Positions 44,158 through 54,626 of a stretch of 64,000 nt of DNA are shown here, one piece after another (positions within the stretch are counted from its first letter, which is position 1; every line of letters starts with the position of its first letter). The notes under the pieces were generated by a model. It saw only the letters and a list, made by a program, of their open reading frames with translations, made no database searches and was not told the origin of the DNA. The stretch is from Bifidobacteriaceae bacterium (lineage in GTDB: Bacteria > Actinomycetota > Actinomycetes > Actinomycetales > WQXJ01). Location of the stretch: the NCBI GenBank assembly GCA_031272885.1, contig JAISSX010000001.1:5483-69482 (forward strand), in the 5' to 3' direction. The translations under genes were made by a program, and so were the position numbers.

Positions 44158-45275
44158 GCGCCTTGCCGGCCGGCGCGGCGGTGGGCGCCACCGTGGGCCC
44201 GGTCCACGTGGTAGGCACCGGCCTAATCGGCACGTCGGTGGCGTTGTCGCTGGTGGGACACGGTGTAGAGGTCACATTGGAGGACCCCTCCCCCACGGCT
44301 CTGGCCGTGGCGGAGCAGGTGGGTGGCGGCCGGCCGCGGCAAGTGTCCGATGCCGCCCCGGCCCTTGTGGTGGTGGCCGCGCCGCCGGATGTGGCGGCCG
44401 CCGTAGTGGCGGCCCAGTTGGAGCGTTTCCCTGAGGCCGTGGTGACGGACGTGGCCTCGGTCAAGGCCGTGGTCTTGGCCGAATTGGCGGTGCTGGGGGC
44501 GGATCTGACCAGGTATGTGGGCTCGCACCCGATGGCGGGCCGGGAGAAGGGCGGCCCGGCCTACGCTTCGGCCGATCTGTTCATGGGCCGGCCTTGGGTG
44601 ATCGCGGCCCCACCGCAAGCCCGCCCGGAAGCGGTGTTGGCGGTACGCCACCTGGCCACCGACGCCGGCGCCATGGTCATTTTCATGGAGGCGGCCCAGC
44701 ATGACCTGGCGGTGGCGCTGGTCAGCCACGTGCCGCAGGTGGTCTCCACCCTGACGGCGGCCCGCCTGGCCGAGGCCGAGCCGGCCGCGCTGGACCTGGC
44801 CGGCGGCGGCCTGCGGGACGTCACCCGTATCGCCAAGTCCGATCCCACCTTGTGGAGCGCCATCCTGGTGGGCAACGGCCCGGCCGTGGCGGGTGTGCTC
44901 AAGGCGCTGCGGGCGGACCTGGACCGCGCCATCGCCGCCCTGGAGTTGGGGGCCGGTGAGGCCACGCTGGGCCGGGCGGTCCTGGAACTGGCCGGGCTGC
45001 TGGGCGAAGGCAACGCGGGCGTTGAACGCATCCCCGGCAAACACGGCGGGGCGCGCACGGTGTTCGACCAGGTGACGGTGATGGTGCCGGATAAGCCGGG
45101 CGAACTGGGCCGGCTGTTCGGCGAAATGGGCACGCTGGGTATCAACCTGGAAGACCTGCAACTGGAACACGGTGCAGGGCAGTTGGTGGGTTTGGCCACT
45201 ATCTCGGTCCAGGCCGGCCTGGGGGCCAGGTTGGCGGCGGGCTTGGAGGCCCAAGGATGGAGGATTCTGCGGTGA
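44154..45275 (+). CDS. tyrA: prephenate dehydrogenase
   Basis: VVGTGLIGTS Rossmann motif, GSHPMAG, and a C-terminal ACT-like region. GTGA overlap with rluB. Confidence 0.82.
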   Translation: MSALPAGAAVGATVGPVHVVGTGLIGTSVALSLVGHGVEVTLEDPSPTALAVAEQVGGGRPRQVSDAAPALVVVAAPPDVAAAVVAAQLERFPEAVVTDVASVKAVVLAELAVLGADLTRYVGSHPMAGREKGGPAYASADLFMGRPWVIAAPPQARPEAVLAVRHLATDAGAMVIFMEAAQHDLAVALVSHVPQVVSTLTAARLAEAEPAALDLAGGGLRDVTRIAKSDPTLWSAILVGNGPAVAGVLKALRADLDRAIAALELGAGEATLGRAVLELAGLLGEGNAGVERIPGKHGGARTVFDQVTVMVPDKPGELGRLFGEMGTLGINLEDLQLEHGAGQLVGLATISVQAGLGARLAAGLEAQGWRILR

Positions 45276-45961
45276 CGGCTTCACTGGTGATAGCGATCGA
45301 CGGCCCTTCCGGTGCCGGCAAGTCAACCGTCTCGAAGGAACTGGCCCGGCGGCTGGGCCTGGCCTACTTCGACACCGGCGCGATGTACCGGGCGGCGGCC
45401 GTTTGGCTGGAGCGGCACGGCGCCCTGGACCAACCGGAGGCGATGCCGGCCCTGATCGATGGGATGCCGCTGGAACTGAACTTGGACCCGGACGCCCAGC
45501 GTTTTGTGCTGGGCGGTGACGACATCACGGCGTTGATCCGCACCACGGAGGTTTCCACCTACGTTTCCAAGGTCTCTACCTGCCTGGGGGCCCGCGACGT
45601 GCTGGTGGCCTGGCAGCAGCGGGTGGTGGCCCGGGAGCGGACGGCCGCCGGTTGGTCGGAGGGCCGCGGCGTGGTGGCTGAGGGCCGCGACATCACCACG
45701 GTGGTGGCGCCCGATGCCGAGGTGCGGGTTCTGCTGACGGCCTCCGAGGCCGCCCGGCTGGCCCGCCGGGCCTTGGAGGTGCACGGCAAGGCGGATGCGG
45801 CCGCCATCGCCGCCACCACCGACCAGGTGGTGCGCCGCGACCGGGACGATTCAACCGTGGCCCGGTTTATGGACGCCCCGCCCGGAGTGACCGTGGTGGA
45901 CTCGTCCAACCTGACCATCGAACAGACCGTCCGGGCCATCCTGGACCTGATTCCGGGGTGA
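45257..45961 (+). CDS. cmk: (d)CMP kinase
   Basis: IAIDGPSGAGKSTVSK P-loop and DTGAMYR. The alternative GTG start at 45272 would give a GTGA overlap with tyrA. Confidence 0.88.
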   Translation: MEDSAVTASLVIAIDGPSGAGKSTVSKELARRLGLAYFDTGAMYRAAAVWLERHGALDQPEAMPALIDGMPLELNLDPDAQRFVLGGDDITALIRTTEVSTYVSKVSTCLGARDVLVAWQQRVVARERTAAGWSEGRGVVAEGRDITTVVAPDAEVRVLLTASEAARLARRALEVHGKADAAAIAATTDQVVRRDRDDSTVARFMDAPPGVTVVDSSNLTIEQTVRAILDLIPG

Positions 45962-45967
45962 TGGACC

Positions 45968-46660
45968 GTGGCCCCAAACCGACGCAAGTTGCCCAGCCGT
46001 TTCCAGGCCGGCTGGTCCCGCGCCCTGTGCCGTTTCCTGTCCCACACCTACGTGTCGCGCCGCGTCACCGGGCGCGAGTTCATCCCGGCCAAAGGGCCGG
46101 TCATCTTGGCCGGCAACCACGCCGGCCTGGTGGATGGGCCACTGGTGTTGGGCGCCTCCAGCCGGGGCGTCCATTTCATCATCAAGTTCGCCCTGTCGCG
46201 CGGCCTGGGTGGCAAGATCCTGCTGGCGGCCGGGCAGGTGCCGTTGGGCAAGGATTCGGGCCGCGAAGCCCTGGCCACCTGCCTTGACCTGCTGAAAGAC
46301 GGCCGTGTGGTGGGCATCTTCCCCGAGGGCAGCCGCGGGGACGGCCGCATGGCGCAAATTCATCCCGGGGTAGGCTGGCTGGCGGTCCACTCCGGCGCGC
46401 CGGTCATCCCGTTCGCCTGCCTGGGGACGCGCCGGCAGGGCGAGTCGATCCGTAAGCTGCCGCCGTTCCGGCGCAAGCTGGCGGTGGTGTTCGGGCCCGC
46501 CATCGACTTGGCGCTGGACCCGGCCCTGCCCACGCGGGACCGGATCGGCCAGGCTCTCGGCGTGATCGGCCCCGCCTTGGCCGCCCACGTGGCGGCCGCC
46601 CAAGAGGCGACGGGTCTCTACCTGCCCACGGACAGTGGCAGAAAGGAAGAGATGGTATGA
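45968..46660 (+). CDS. 1-acyl-sn-glycerol-3-phosphate acyltransferase family protein
   Basis: NHAGLVD (HX4D) and FPEGSRG motifs. 230 aa. Confidence 0.82.
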   Translation: MAPNRRKLPSRFQAGWSRALCRFLSHTYVSRRVTGREFIPAKGPVILAGNHAGLVDGPLVLGASSRGVHFIIKFALSRGLGGKILLAAGQVPLGKDSGREALATCLDLLKDGRVVGIFPEGSRGDGRMAQIHPGVGWLAVHSGAPVIPFACLGTRRQGESIRKLPPFRRKLAVVFGPAIDLALDPALPTRDRIGQALGVIGPALAAHVAAAQEATGLYLPTDSGRKEEMV

Positions 46661-48087
46661 GCGAGGCCGAAGCCCTGCGCTCTGCCCTTGCCGCCTACGA
46701 TCTGGACGAGGCCGATCTGGCGCTGCTCGATGGCGCGGAGGGCACCCCGGCGGAACCGGGCGAAACCTCGATCGGCACCCTCGCCATCGTCGGCCGTCCC
46801 AACGTGGGCAAATCCACCCTGGTGAACCGCGTCATCGGGCGCCGCCAGGCGGTGGTGCAGGACACCCCGGGGGTGACGCGCGACCGGGTGTCGTATCCGG
46901 CCGAATGGGCCGGGCGCCAGTTCGCGGTGGTGGACACGGGCGGCTGGGAGATCGACGTGGCCGGCATCCACGCGGCCGTGGCCGAACAGGCCGAACTGGC
47001 CATCTCGTTGGCCGATGCCGCGGTGCTGGTGGTGGACACCACTGTTGGCGCCACCGATACCGACCAGGGCATGGTGGAACTGCTGCGGCGCAGCGGCAAG
47101 CCGGTGGTCCTGGCCGCCAACAAGGTCGATGACCAGCGCGGGGAGGCGGACGCGGCGGCCCTGTGGAACCTGGGGCTGGGTGAGCCGTTTCCGGTTTCGG
47201 CCCTGCACGGCCGCGGGGTGGGTGACCTGCTCGATGCCGCCGTGGCGGCTTTGGAGGCGGCCGCCGGTGGCGGTGAGAAGCTGACGGATGCACCCGGTGT
47301 GCGCCGGGTGGCCCTGGTGGGCCGGCCCAATGTGGGCAAGTCTTCGCTGCTGAACCGCCTGGCCGGGGCGGAGCGGGCCGTGGTGGACCCGCTGGCCGGC
47401 ACCACGCGCGACCCGGTCGATGAGCTGGTTCAACTAGACGGCCGGCCTTGGCGGCTGGTGGACACGGCCGGCATCCGGCGGCACGTGGCCAGGACTTCAG
47501 GGGCGGACTTCTACGCCTCACTGCGCACCCAGGCCGCATTGGAACGGGCCGAGGTGGCGGTGGCGCTGATTGACGCCGGCCAGCCGATCTCGGAACAGGA
47601 TGTGCGGATTCTCCAGTTGGTCGAAGAGTCCGGCCGGGCTTTGGTGGTGGCGCTGAACAAGTGGGACCTGGTGGACGAGGACCGGCGCTACTACCTGGAA
47701 CGTGAAGTCGAGAAGGACCTGGCGCCGTGGGCCTGGGCGCCGCGGGTCAACATCTCGGCGTTGACCGGCCGGCGGGTGGACCGCCTGGTGGGCGCCCTCG
47801 ACACGGTCTTGGCGGCCTGGGACCGGCGTATCCCCACTGGCCAGTTGAACTCGTTCTTGGGCGAGGTGGTGGCGGCCACGCCCCACCCGGTGCGCAGCGG
47901 CAAGCAGCCGCGCATCCTGTTTGCCACCCAGGCGGCTTCACGCCCGCCGCGGTTTGTGCTTTTTGCCTCCGGTTTCTTGGAGGCGCCCTACCGGCGCTTC
48001 TTGGAACGCTGCCTGCGGGAGAACTTCGACTTCACCGGCACGCCCCTGCAGCTCTCGGTGCGCGTGCGCGAAAAGCGCAAGCGCTGA
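46657..48087 (+). CDS. der: ribosome biogenesis GTPase Der (EngA)
   Basis: Two tandem GTPase domains (GRPNVGKST twice, DTGG/DTAG, NKVD/NKWD) and a C-terminal KH-like domain. ATGA overlap with the upstream gene. Confidence 0.9.
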   Translation: MSEAEALRSALAAYDLDEADLALLDGAEGTPAEPGETSIGTLAIVGRPNVGKSTLVNRVIGRRQAVVQDTPGVTRDRVSYPAEWAGRQFAVVDTGGWEIDVAGIHAAVAEQAELAISLADAAVLVVDTTVGATDTDQGMVELLRRSGKPVVLAANKVDDQRGEADAAALWNLGLGEPFPVSALHGRGVGDLLDAAVAALEAAAGGGEKLTDAPGVRRVALVGRPNVGKSSLLNRLAGAERAVVDPLAGTTRDPVDELVQLDGRPWRLVDTAGIRRHVARTSGADFYASLRTQAALERAEVAVALIDAGQPISEQDVRILQLVEESGRALVVALNKWDLVDEDRRYYLEREVEKDLAPWAWAPRVNISALTGRRVDRLVGALDTVLAAWDRRIPTGQLNSFLGEVVAATPHPVRSGKQPRILFATQAASRPPRFVLFASGFLEAPYRRFLERCLRENFDFTGTPLQLSVRVREKRKR

Positions 48088-48140
48088 CCCGCTCCCACCT
48101 GCCTCCGCTCAACCCCTAACCCCCCACCCCCAACCCCCCC

Positions 48141-48247
48141 CTCGCGAGAGTACGGTTGTGTAGGCCGTTCGCTCTGAGCGAAACACATTTGCGCAGGTCA
48201 AAGCGTTGCCCGATTTTGCCCTAGCTACATAACCGTACTCTCGTGAG
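48141..48247 (+). repeat. MITE-like element, family 2 copy E
   Basis: TIRs CTCGCGAGAGTACGGTTGTGTA (48141-48162) and TACATAACCGTACTCTCGTGAG (48226-48247). Core CATTTGCGCAGGTCAAAG (48186-48203). Preceded by a C-rich tract. Overlaps the xerD 3' end. Confidence 0.8.
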
Positions 48248-49178
48248 GGAGGGGAGAGAGGGCGCGGGGGTGGGCCGAGGCGTAGACCTCGCGCAGGGTG
48301 TCCGGGCTGACCTTGGTGTAGATCTGGGTGGTGGTGACCGAGGAATGGCCCAGCAGTTCTTGGACCACTCTGATGTCCGCCCCACCCTGCAGCAGGTGGG
48401 TCGCAAAGGAATGCCGCAAGGTGTGCGGCGAGATGGCCTCTTCCGCCAGTTCGGCCCGCACCGCCGCTGCCCGCACCGCCCGCCAAGCGCCCTGGCGCCC
48501 AAGACGCCCGCCGCGCCCGCCCAGAAAGACCGCCGGCGTGCCGCGCCCGTGCGCCGCCAACGCCGGCCGGCCCCGCACCAGATAGGCCTCCAGTGCCAAA
48601 CGGGCGTAGGCACCCACCGGCACTAGCCGCTCCTTGGAGCCCTTGCCGAACAGCCGCACCGCCGGGTGCGGGCCGGCCAGGTCAAGGTCATCGACATCCA
48701 GTCCTACGGCCTCTGAAATCCGCGCGCCGGTGCCGTACAGGAACTCCAGCAGCGCCCGGTCCCGCAGCGCCGTGGCCTCCTCCCCCACGCCGGCCTGGGA
48801 CAACAGCCGCTCCACCTCGTGCACGGTCAGGGCCTTGGGCAGGTGTAGCCCGGCGGACGGCGGCTTGATGGCACTGGACGGGTCGACTTCGGTCCAGCCT
48901 TCGGCGGCGGCGAAGCGGTGGAAGCCGCGCACCGCCACCACTGCCCGGGCGGCCGATGACGCGGCCAACCCCGGTCCGTCGCCCTCGCCGCGCAGGTACC
49001 GCAGGTAGGCGGCCACATGACCTTGCGCTGCGGCCTTGACTTCGGTCACGCCCTGGGCGGTCAGAAACTCCACATAGCGGGTCAGGTCGCGCCGGTAGGC
49101 CGTCAGGGTGGCGGCGGCCAGGCCCTTCTCTACCCGCACATGCGCTAGATAGATCTCAAGGGCGCGTTCCAGTTTCAT
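48225..49178 (-). CDS. xerD: site-specific tyrosine recombinase XerD
   Basis: N-terminal [20 protein letters not shown] (XerD-like YRRDL), catalytic [10 protein letters not shown] and [15 protein letters not shown] at 49178 is preferred to the track start. The last codons and the TAG stop lie inside repeat E. Confidence 0.85.
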   Translation of the reverse strand: MKLERALEIYLAHVRVEKGLAAATLTAYRRDLTRYVEFLTAQGVTEVKAAAQGHVAAYLRYLRGEGDGPGLAASSAARAVVAVRGFHRFAAAEGWTEVDPSSAIKPPSAGLHLPKALTVHEVERLLSQAGVGEEATALRDRALLEFLYGTGARISEAVGLDVDDLDLAGPHPAVRLFGKGSKERLVPVGAYARLALEAYLVRGRPALAAHGRGTPAVFLGGRGGRLGRQGAWRAVRAAAVRAELAEEAISPHTLRHSFATHLLQGGADIRVVQELLGHSSVTTTQIYTKVSPDTLREVYASAHPRALSPLPHESTVM

Positions 49179-49227
49179 GGGACCAATACTGCCCGCCTTG
49201 GGCCCGCGGCCACTAGTATTGGGCACC

Positions 49228-51288
49228 ATGTCAAACGCCCTAATTTGGTCCTCTATTGATGATCGTGCTGTCGCCACCGCCAAGGCCCTTGCGGCCGATG
49301 CCGTTGAGAAGGCCGGCAGCGGCCACCCCGGCACCGCCATTTCTCTGGCCGGCGCCGCCTACCTGCTGTTCCAGCGCCTGATGACCCATGACCCGGCCAC
49401 GCCGGACTGGCTGGGCCGGGACCGCTTTGTGCTGTCCTCCGGCCACACCTCGATCATGCTCTACAACCAGCTTTACCTGGCCGGTTACGGCCTGACGCTG
49501 GATGATCTGAAGTCGCTGCGCACGGCCGGTTCGCTTACGCCCGGTCACCCCGAATGGGGTCTGACGGCCGGCGTCGAGATGTCGACCGGCCCGCTGGGCC
49601 AGGGCCTCGCCTCGGCCGTCGGTATGGCCATGGCCGCCCGCCGCGAGCGGATTCTGTTCGATCCCGATGCCGCCCCCGGCACCAGCCCCTTCGACCACAC
49701 CATCTGGGTGGTGGCCGGCGAGGGCGACCTGGAGGAAGGCATCACGGCCGAGGCCTCATCCCTGGCCGGCACCCAGAAGCTGGGCAACCTGGTGGTGTTG
49801 TTCGACGAGAACCGCATCTCGATCGAAGGCAACACCAATGTGGCCTTCACTGAAGACGTGCTGGCCCGCTACGAGGCCTACGGCTGGCACACCGCCACGG
49901 TCGATTGGACGGCCGGCGGCGCCTACCACGAAGACTATGAGGGCCTCTACCAGGCCCTGGCCGCGGCCAAGGCCCAGACCGACGCCCCCACCCTGGTGCG
50001 TGTCCGCACCATCATCGGCTGGCCCTCGCCCACCAAGCAGAACACCGGCGGCATCCACGGTTCCAAGCTGGGCACCGAAGAGGTGGCCGGCCTGAAGCAG
50101 GCCCTTGGCCTTGATCCCGCCAAGAGCTTCGATGTGCCCGATGACGTGCTGGCCCACACGCGCGAGGCCCTCGCCCGCGGTGCGGCCGCCAAGGCCGAGT
50201 GGGAGAAGGGCTTCCAGGCCTGGCGGGCGGCCAACCCGGAGCGGGCCGTCCTGCTGGAGCGCCTGTTGGCACACCAGTTGCCGGCCGACATCGAGCAGGC
50301 CCTGCCGGTGTTCGAGGCCGGCAGTTCGGTCGCCACCCGGGCCGCCTCGGGCCAGGTGCTGACCGCCCTGGGCGCGGTGCTGCCGGAACTGTGGGGCGGC
50401 TCGGCCGACCTGGCGGGTTCGAACAACACCTCGATGAAGGGTGAGACGTCGTTCCTGCCGGACAGCCCAACTGGGCGGACGATCCACTTCGGCATCCGCG
50501 AGCACGCCATGGCCGCCATCATGAACGGCATCGCCCTGCACGGCCCCACCCTGCCGTACGGCGGCACCTTCCTGGTCTTCAGCGACTACATGCGCGGCGC
50601 GGTCCGCCTGAGCGCCCTGATGGGCCTGCCGGTGACCTACGTTTGGACGCACGATTCGATCGGCGTGGGTGAGGACGGCCCTACCCACCAGCCGGTAGAG
50701 CACTTGGCCGCCCTGCGTGCCATCCCGGGCCTGGACGTGGTGCGCCCGGCGGACGCCAACGAGACGGCTTGGGCTTGGCGTCACATCCTGGCCCGGCGCA
50801 AGCCGGCCGGCCTCATCCTGAGCCGCCAGAACCTGCCCGTGCCGGATCGCGCGGCGGAGGGCCTGGCGGACGCGGTGGACCTGTGCGCCGGCGCCTACAT
50901 CCTGGCCGATTCGTCGCTGCCCACCCTGGACGTCATCCTGTTGGCCTCCGGTTCGGAGGTGCAGTGGGCGTTGGCCGCCCGTGACATCCTGTGCCGTGAG
51001 GGCGTTGGCGCCCGCGTGGTGTCGGTGCCGTGCCTGGAGTGGTTCGCCGAACAGCCGGCTTCGTACAAAGAGAACGTGTTGCCGGCCGCCGTCAAGGCCC
51101 GCGTCTCGGTGGAGGCCGGGTTGGCGGCGCCGTGGCGCGGCTTGGTGGGCGATGCCGGCGTGTCGGTGTCGGTGGAGGCCTTCGGTGAGTCGGCCCCGGC
51201 CGGCTACCTGTTCGACAAGCACGGTTTCACGGCCGAAGGCGTGGCCGCGGCCGCCCGCCAGTCGATCGCGCAGGCTGCCGCCAAGTGA
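49228..51288 (+). CDS. tkt: transketolase
   Basis: [19 protein letters not shown] and [16 protein letters not shown] motifs. ATG at 49228 (MSNALIW) is preferred to the track start. Confidence 0.92.
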   Translation: MSNALIWSSIDDRAVATAKALAADAVEKAGSGHPGTAISLAGAAYLLFQRLMTHDPATPDWLGRDRFVLSSGHTSIMLYNQLYLAGYGLTLDDLKSLRTAGSLTPGHPEWGLTAGVEMSTGPLGQGLASAVGMAMAARRERILFDPDAAPGTSPFDHTIWVVAGEGDLEEGITAEASSLAGTQKLGNLVVLFDENRISIEGNTNVAFTEDVLARYEAYGWHTATVDWTAGGAYHEDYEGLYQALAAAKAQTDAPTLVRVRTIIGWPSPTKQNTGGIHGSKLGTEEVAGLKQALGLDPAKSFDVPDDVLAHTREALARGAAAKAEWEKGFQAWRAANPERAVLLERLLAHQLPADIEQALPVFEAGSSVATRAASGQVLTALGAVLPELWGGSADLAGSNNTSMKGETSFLPDSPTGRTIHFGIREHAMAAIMNGIALHGPTLPYGGTFLVFSDYMRGAVRLSALMGLPVTYVWTHDSIGVGEDGPTHQPVEHLAALRAIPGLDVVRPADANETAWAWRHILARRKPAGLILSRQNLPVPDRAAEGLADAVDLCAGAYILADSSLPTLDVILLASGSEVQWALAARDILCREGVGARVVSVPCLEWFAEQPASYKENVLPAAVKARVSVEAGLAAPWRGLVGDAGVSVSVEAFGESAPAGYLFDKHGFTAEGVAAAARQSIAQAAAK

Positions 51289-52859
51289 CGTTACCGCCGG
51301 CGGCGGCGGGCAACCCGCTGCTCGATCCAACCGACCGCAGGGTGCCGGTCATTCCTGGCCCCTGCGGCCTGGTGGTGTTCGGCGCCACCGGCGACCTAGC
51401 CCGGCGCAAGATCCTGCCGGCCCTGTATGACCTAGCCAACCGCGGCTTGCTGCCGGCCGGTTTTGCGATCACGGGCTTTGCCCGCCGCGAGCAGTCCACC
51501 GAGGACTTCATCCGCCACACCCACGCGGCCGTGGCCAGCGCCGCCCGCACCCCGTTCCGCCAGCGGGTCTGGGAGCAGTTGGCCGGGTCGATCCGATACG
51601 TCTCGGGCGACGTGGCGGACCCTGAGGCGTACGGCCGGTTGCGTCAGGCGGTCGAAGCGGCCGATGCCGCGCAGGGCACCGGCGGTAACCGCGCCTTCTA
51701 CCTGTCGGTACCGCCGGGGGTCTTTCCAGTGGTGTGTAAACACCTGGCGGCCTCGGGCCTAGCCGGACCGGGCGCCATCGGGCCAGAACCGGCGGAAGGC
51801 TCCGAAGGCAAGCCTTGGCACCGGGTGGTGATCGAAAAGCCGTTCGGCCGCGACGGGGCCTCGGCCGAGGCGCTGGATGCCACCTTGGGGCAGGTTTTCC
51901 CGCCGGAGGCGATTTTCCGCATCGACCACTATCTGGGTAAGGAGACGGTGCGCAACATCGTGGTGTCGCGCTTCGCCAACCAGTTGTTCGAGCCCCTGTG
52001 GAACTCGCACTACGTTGATCACGTCCAGATCACCATGGCCGAGAACCTTGGGGTCGGCTCACGCGGCGGCTACTACGACGGCATCGGCGCCACGCGGGAC
52101 GTGTTGCAGAACCACCTGCTGCAACTGTTGGCGCTGGTGGCGATGGAGCGGCCGGCCAGTTTCGGCGCAGCCGATCTGCGCCGGGAGAAGGAACGGGTGC
52201 TGGCGGCGGTGCGGCTGGACGGCCCGGTTGGGGAGGCCGCCGTGCGCGGCCAGTACGTGGCCGGCTGGCAGGGCAATATCGCGGTGCGCGGCTTCCTGGA
52301 GGAGGACGGCATCCCGGATGATTCGCGCACGGAGACCTATGGCGCGGTCAAACTGGCGGTGGACACGCCCAGGTGGGAGGGCACGCCGTTCTACCTGCGC
52401 ACCGGCAAGCGCCTGGGTCGGCGCGTCACCGAGATCGCGGTGGTGCTGCGGCGGCCCGATGACGGCTGCCCGCCCGGGTTGGACGCCGAATACCTGGGTG
52501 CCAACGCGGTGGTCTTCCGCATCCAGCCGGACGAAGGCATGACGCTGCGGATCGGCGCCAAGGTGCCCGAAACGACGCTGGAGGTGCGGGACGTGACGAT
52601 GGATTTCGCCTTCGGCCACGCCTTCACCGAGGCCCTGCCAGAGGCCTACGAGCGGCTGATCCTGGACGTCCTGTTGGGCAACGACCCGCTGTTCCCGCGG
52701 GCCACCGAGGTGCGCGAGTCGTGGCGCGTCATCGACCAGGTGGAGCAGTACTGGGCGTCGCTCCCGGACGGCCCGGAACCGTATGAGGCCGGCACCTGGG
52801 GGCCGGCGGGCGCGGCCCAGTTGCTGGCCCGCGACGGACGGGTTTGGAGGCGGCCATGA
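51285..52859 (+). CDS. zwf: glucose-6-phosphate dehydrogenase
   Basis: VVFGATGDLARRKILPALY dinucleotide motif and RIDHYLGKE active-site motif. The GTG start overlaps the tkt stop (GTGA). Confidence 0.92.
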   Translation: MTLPPAAAGNPLLDPTDRRVPVIPGPCGLVVFGATGDLARRKILPALYDLANRGLLPAGFAITGFARREQSTEDFIRHTHAAVASAARTPFRQRVWEQLAGSIRYVSGDVADPEAYGRLRQAVEAADAAQGTGGNRAFYLSVPPGVFPVVCKHLAASGLAGPGAIGPEPAEGSEGKPWHRVVIEKPFGRDGASAEALDATLGQVFPPEAIFRIDHYLGKETVRNIVVSRFANQLFEPLWNSHYVDHVQITMAENLGVGSRGGYYDGIGATRDVLQNHLLQLLALVAMERPASFGAADLRREKERVLAAVRLDGPVGEAAVRGQYVAGWQGNIAVRGFLEEDGIPDDSRTETYGAVKLAVDTPRWEGTPFYLRTGKRLGRRVTEIAVVLRRPDDGCPPGLDAEYLGANAVVFRIQPDEGMTLRIGAKVPETTLEVRDVTMDFAFGHAFTEALPEAYERLILDVLLGNDPLFPRATEVRESWRVIDQVEQYWASLPDGPEPYEAGTWGPAGAAQLLARDGRVWRRP

Positions 52860-53788
52860 TTGTGCCGATGTACGCCACCACTTCGGCGCAGGTGGTGACC
52901 AAGCTGGTGGAGGTGCGCGAGGAGGGCGGGGTTAGCGCCCTGGGCCGGGTCTTGACGCTGGTGATCCACTGCCCGCCCGCCGAGATTGAGGCCTCGGTGC
53001 AGTCCGCCAACTCGGCCTCGATGGAGCATCCCTGCCGCATCATCCTGGTGACGGCGGAAGACCCGGAGGGCCCGCCGGCCATGGACGCCCAGATCCGGGT
53101 GGGGTCCGATGCCGGCGCCTCCGAGGTGGTGGTGCTCAGGGTGCGCGGCGAGCCGGGCGAACACCTGGATGCCGTGGTCACTCCCCTGTTGCTGCCGGAC
53201 ACGCCTGTGGTGGTGTGGTGGCCGGCCGGGCGGCCGGACGTGCCGGCCGAGTCCCCGCTGGGGCGGTTGGCGGAGCGGCGCATCACAGACGCCCAGCGGT
53301 CCGGCGAGCGGATGGCGGCCCTGCACCAACTGGCGGAGGGCTACCGGCCGGGCGACACCGACCTGGCCTGGACCCGGCTGACGCCGTGGCGGGCCGAACT
53401 GGCGGCGGCGCTGTCGATTCCGCCGCGCGAACGGGTCACCTCCGCCACTGTCAGCGGCCCGGCCGGGCCTTCGACCGACCTGATGGCGGTGTGGCTGGGG
53501 ACGCGCTTGGGTGTACCGGTGCGCTGCACGGTTTCGACCACCGACTACATCAACTCGGTGGCGTTGCACCGGGCCGGCGGCGGACGGCTGCTGTTGGACA
53601 AGGAGAACCAAGAGACGGGGGCGCGGCTGCGCATCACCGACCAGCCGGACCGGGTGGTGGCGTTGGGCCGGCGCTCCCGGGCGGAGTCGCTGGCCGAGGA
53701 GTTGCGGCGGCTTGAGCCCGATGTCGCGTACGGCAACCTGGTGACGCAGAACCTGCCGGTTTTCCTGGCCAAACAGGCGGCGGCGTAG
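52856..53788 (+). CDS. opcA: glucose-6-phosphate dehydrogenase assembly protein OpcA
   Basis: Position immediately after zwf with an ATGA overlap. N-terminus TTSAQVVTKLVEVREEGG...RVLTLVI is typical of OpcA. Confidence 0.8.
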   Translation: MIVPMYATTSAQVVTKLVEVREEGGVSALGRVLTLVIHCPPAEIEASVQSANSASMEHPCRIILVTAEDPEGPPAMDAQIRVGSDAGASEVVVLRVRGEPGEHLDAVVTPLLLPDTPVVVWWPAGRPDVPAESPLGRLAERRITDAQRSGERMAALHQLAEGYRPGDTDLAWTRLTPWRAELAAALSIPPRERVTSATVSGPAGPSTDLMAVWLGTRLGVPVRCTVSTTDYINSVALHRAGGGRLLLDKENQETGARLRITDQPDRVVALGRRSRAESLAEELRRLEPDVAYGNLVTQNLPVFLAKQAAA

Positions 53789-53976
53789 GGGCGCCTGGGC
53801 GTCTGTCAGCAAAAATGCCTGTTCAGGGGTGCCCTTCGGCCGGTAACCGGGCTACTATGGAAGACGTGGAATCGAGGGTGCTTCCACGAGCGCAGTACCT
53901 ATAAGCAGTATCAACCAGCCTGGGGCGGGCTAACGTCGGCACGCCTCCGGATCACCTACTCAACGAAGAAGTTGAC

Positions 53977-54585
53977 ATGAAAGAAAAGCTCTTCCCTCCA
54001 AACGAGCGCATGCCTATGTGGCTCGCCATCGCCTTCACCGTCGTTGCTTCGATTCCGTTCGGCGCCTGGCTCCACTCCTTTAGCCTGCCGCTGTTCGTCT
54101 CCTTCGCCGTGTGGGGTCTCTACTTCGTCTTCGGGGCCAACATTCAGGGTGCGGTCAAGGTCATCATCCCTTGCTTCATGGCGGGTGGTTTCGGCGCCAT
54201 GCTGGTGCAGATGTTCGCCATGGCCCTGGTGAAGGCCTTCGGCTCCAGCTTTGCCGCGTCGTTCTTCCCTGGCACGCTGGATAAGGGCGACTGGGGCATC
54301 ATCATCGCCTACTTCATCGGTTTCTGCGTGGTGGTGGGGTCGATGGTCTTTGTGCCGTTGTTCCAGCAGGGCACCCTGGCCTTCTACACCGGCATCGCGC
54401 TGACCCTTGGCATCATCTTCCTCGGCTTTGGTGGTGCCTGGCTGGGCAACCCGGACAACGCCTACGCTATGGCGTTCGCGTCCTACATCCACGCCGTGAT
54501 CGCCATGATCCTGGGCTGCGCCCTGGGCTGGCTGTCGGTCTTCCTCAACGGCGCCAAGCCGCCGGCCGAGGCTCCCGCCAGCTAA
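53977..54585 (+). CDS. multi-pass membrane protein, function unknown
   Basis: 202 aa with 5-6 hydrophobic helices and an ATG start. Its composition looks less GC-rich than its neighbours. No family confidently recognised. Confidence 0.6.
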   Translation: MKEKLFPPNERMPMWLAIAFTVVASIPFGAWLHSFSLPLFVSFAVWGLYFVFGANIQGAVKVIIPCFMAGGFGAMLVQMFAMALVKAFGSSFAASFFPGTLDKGDWGIIIAYFIGFCVVVGSMVFVPLFQQGTLAFYTGIALTLGIIFLGFGGAWLGNPDNAYAMAFASYIHAVIAMILGCALGWLSVFLNGAKPPAEAPAS

Positions 54586-54626
54586 TCGAGGTTGGTTGAT
54601 CGTCCCCGGGCGGTCGGCTGAGTTAG

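Noticed and set aside
49756-51330. 524-aa minus-strand ORF antisense to tkt. Similar long antisense or overlapping ORFs occur at 4920-6002, 6502-7413, 8209-9546, 42161-43357, 44223-45326, 52646-53812 and 60246-61499.
   Set aside because: Each lies opposite or out of frame with a gene that has clear conserved motifs. Their translations are Arg/Gly/Pro/His-rich low complexity, typical of stop-poor alternative frames in high-GC DNA.
53789-53976. Attempt to assign the leader to a known riboswitch class (ZTP, c-di-AMP/ydaO, guanidine, fluoride, TPP or glycine).
   Set aside because: None of the conserved core sequences I can recall for these classes is present. Only a vague resemblance (GCCTGGGGCGGGC versus the ZTP 3' element) was seen, so no class is claimed.
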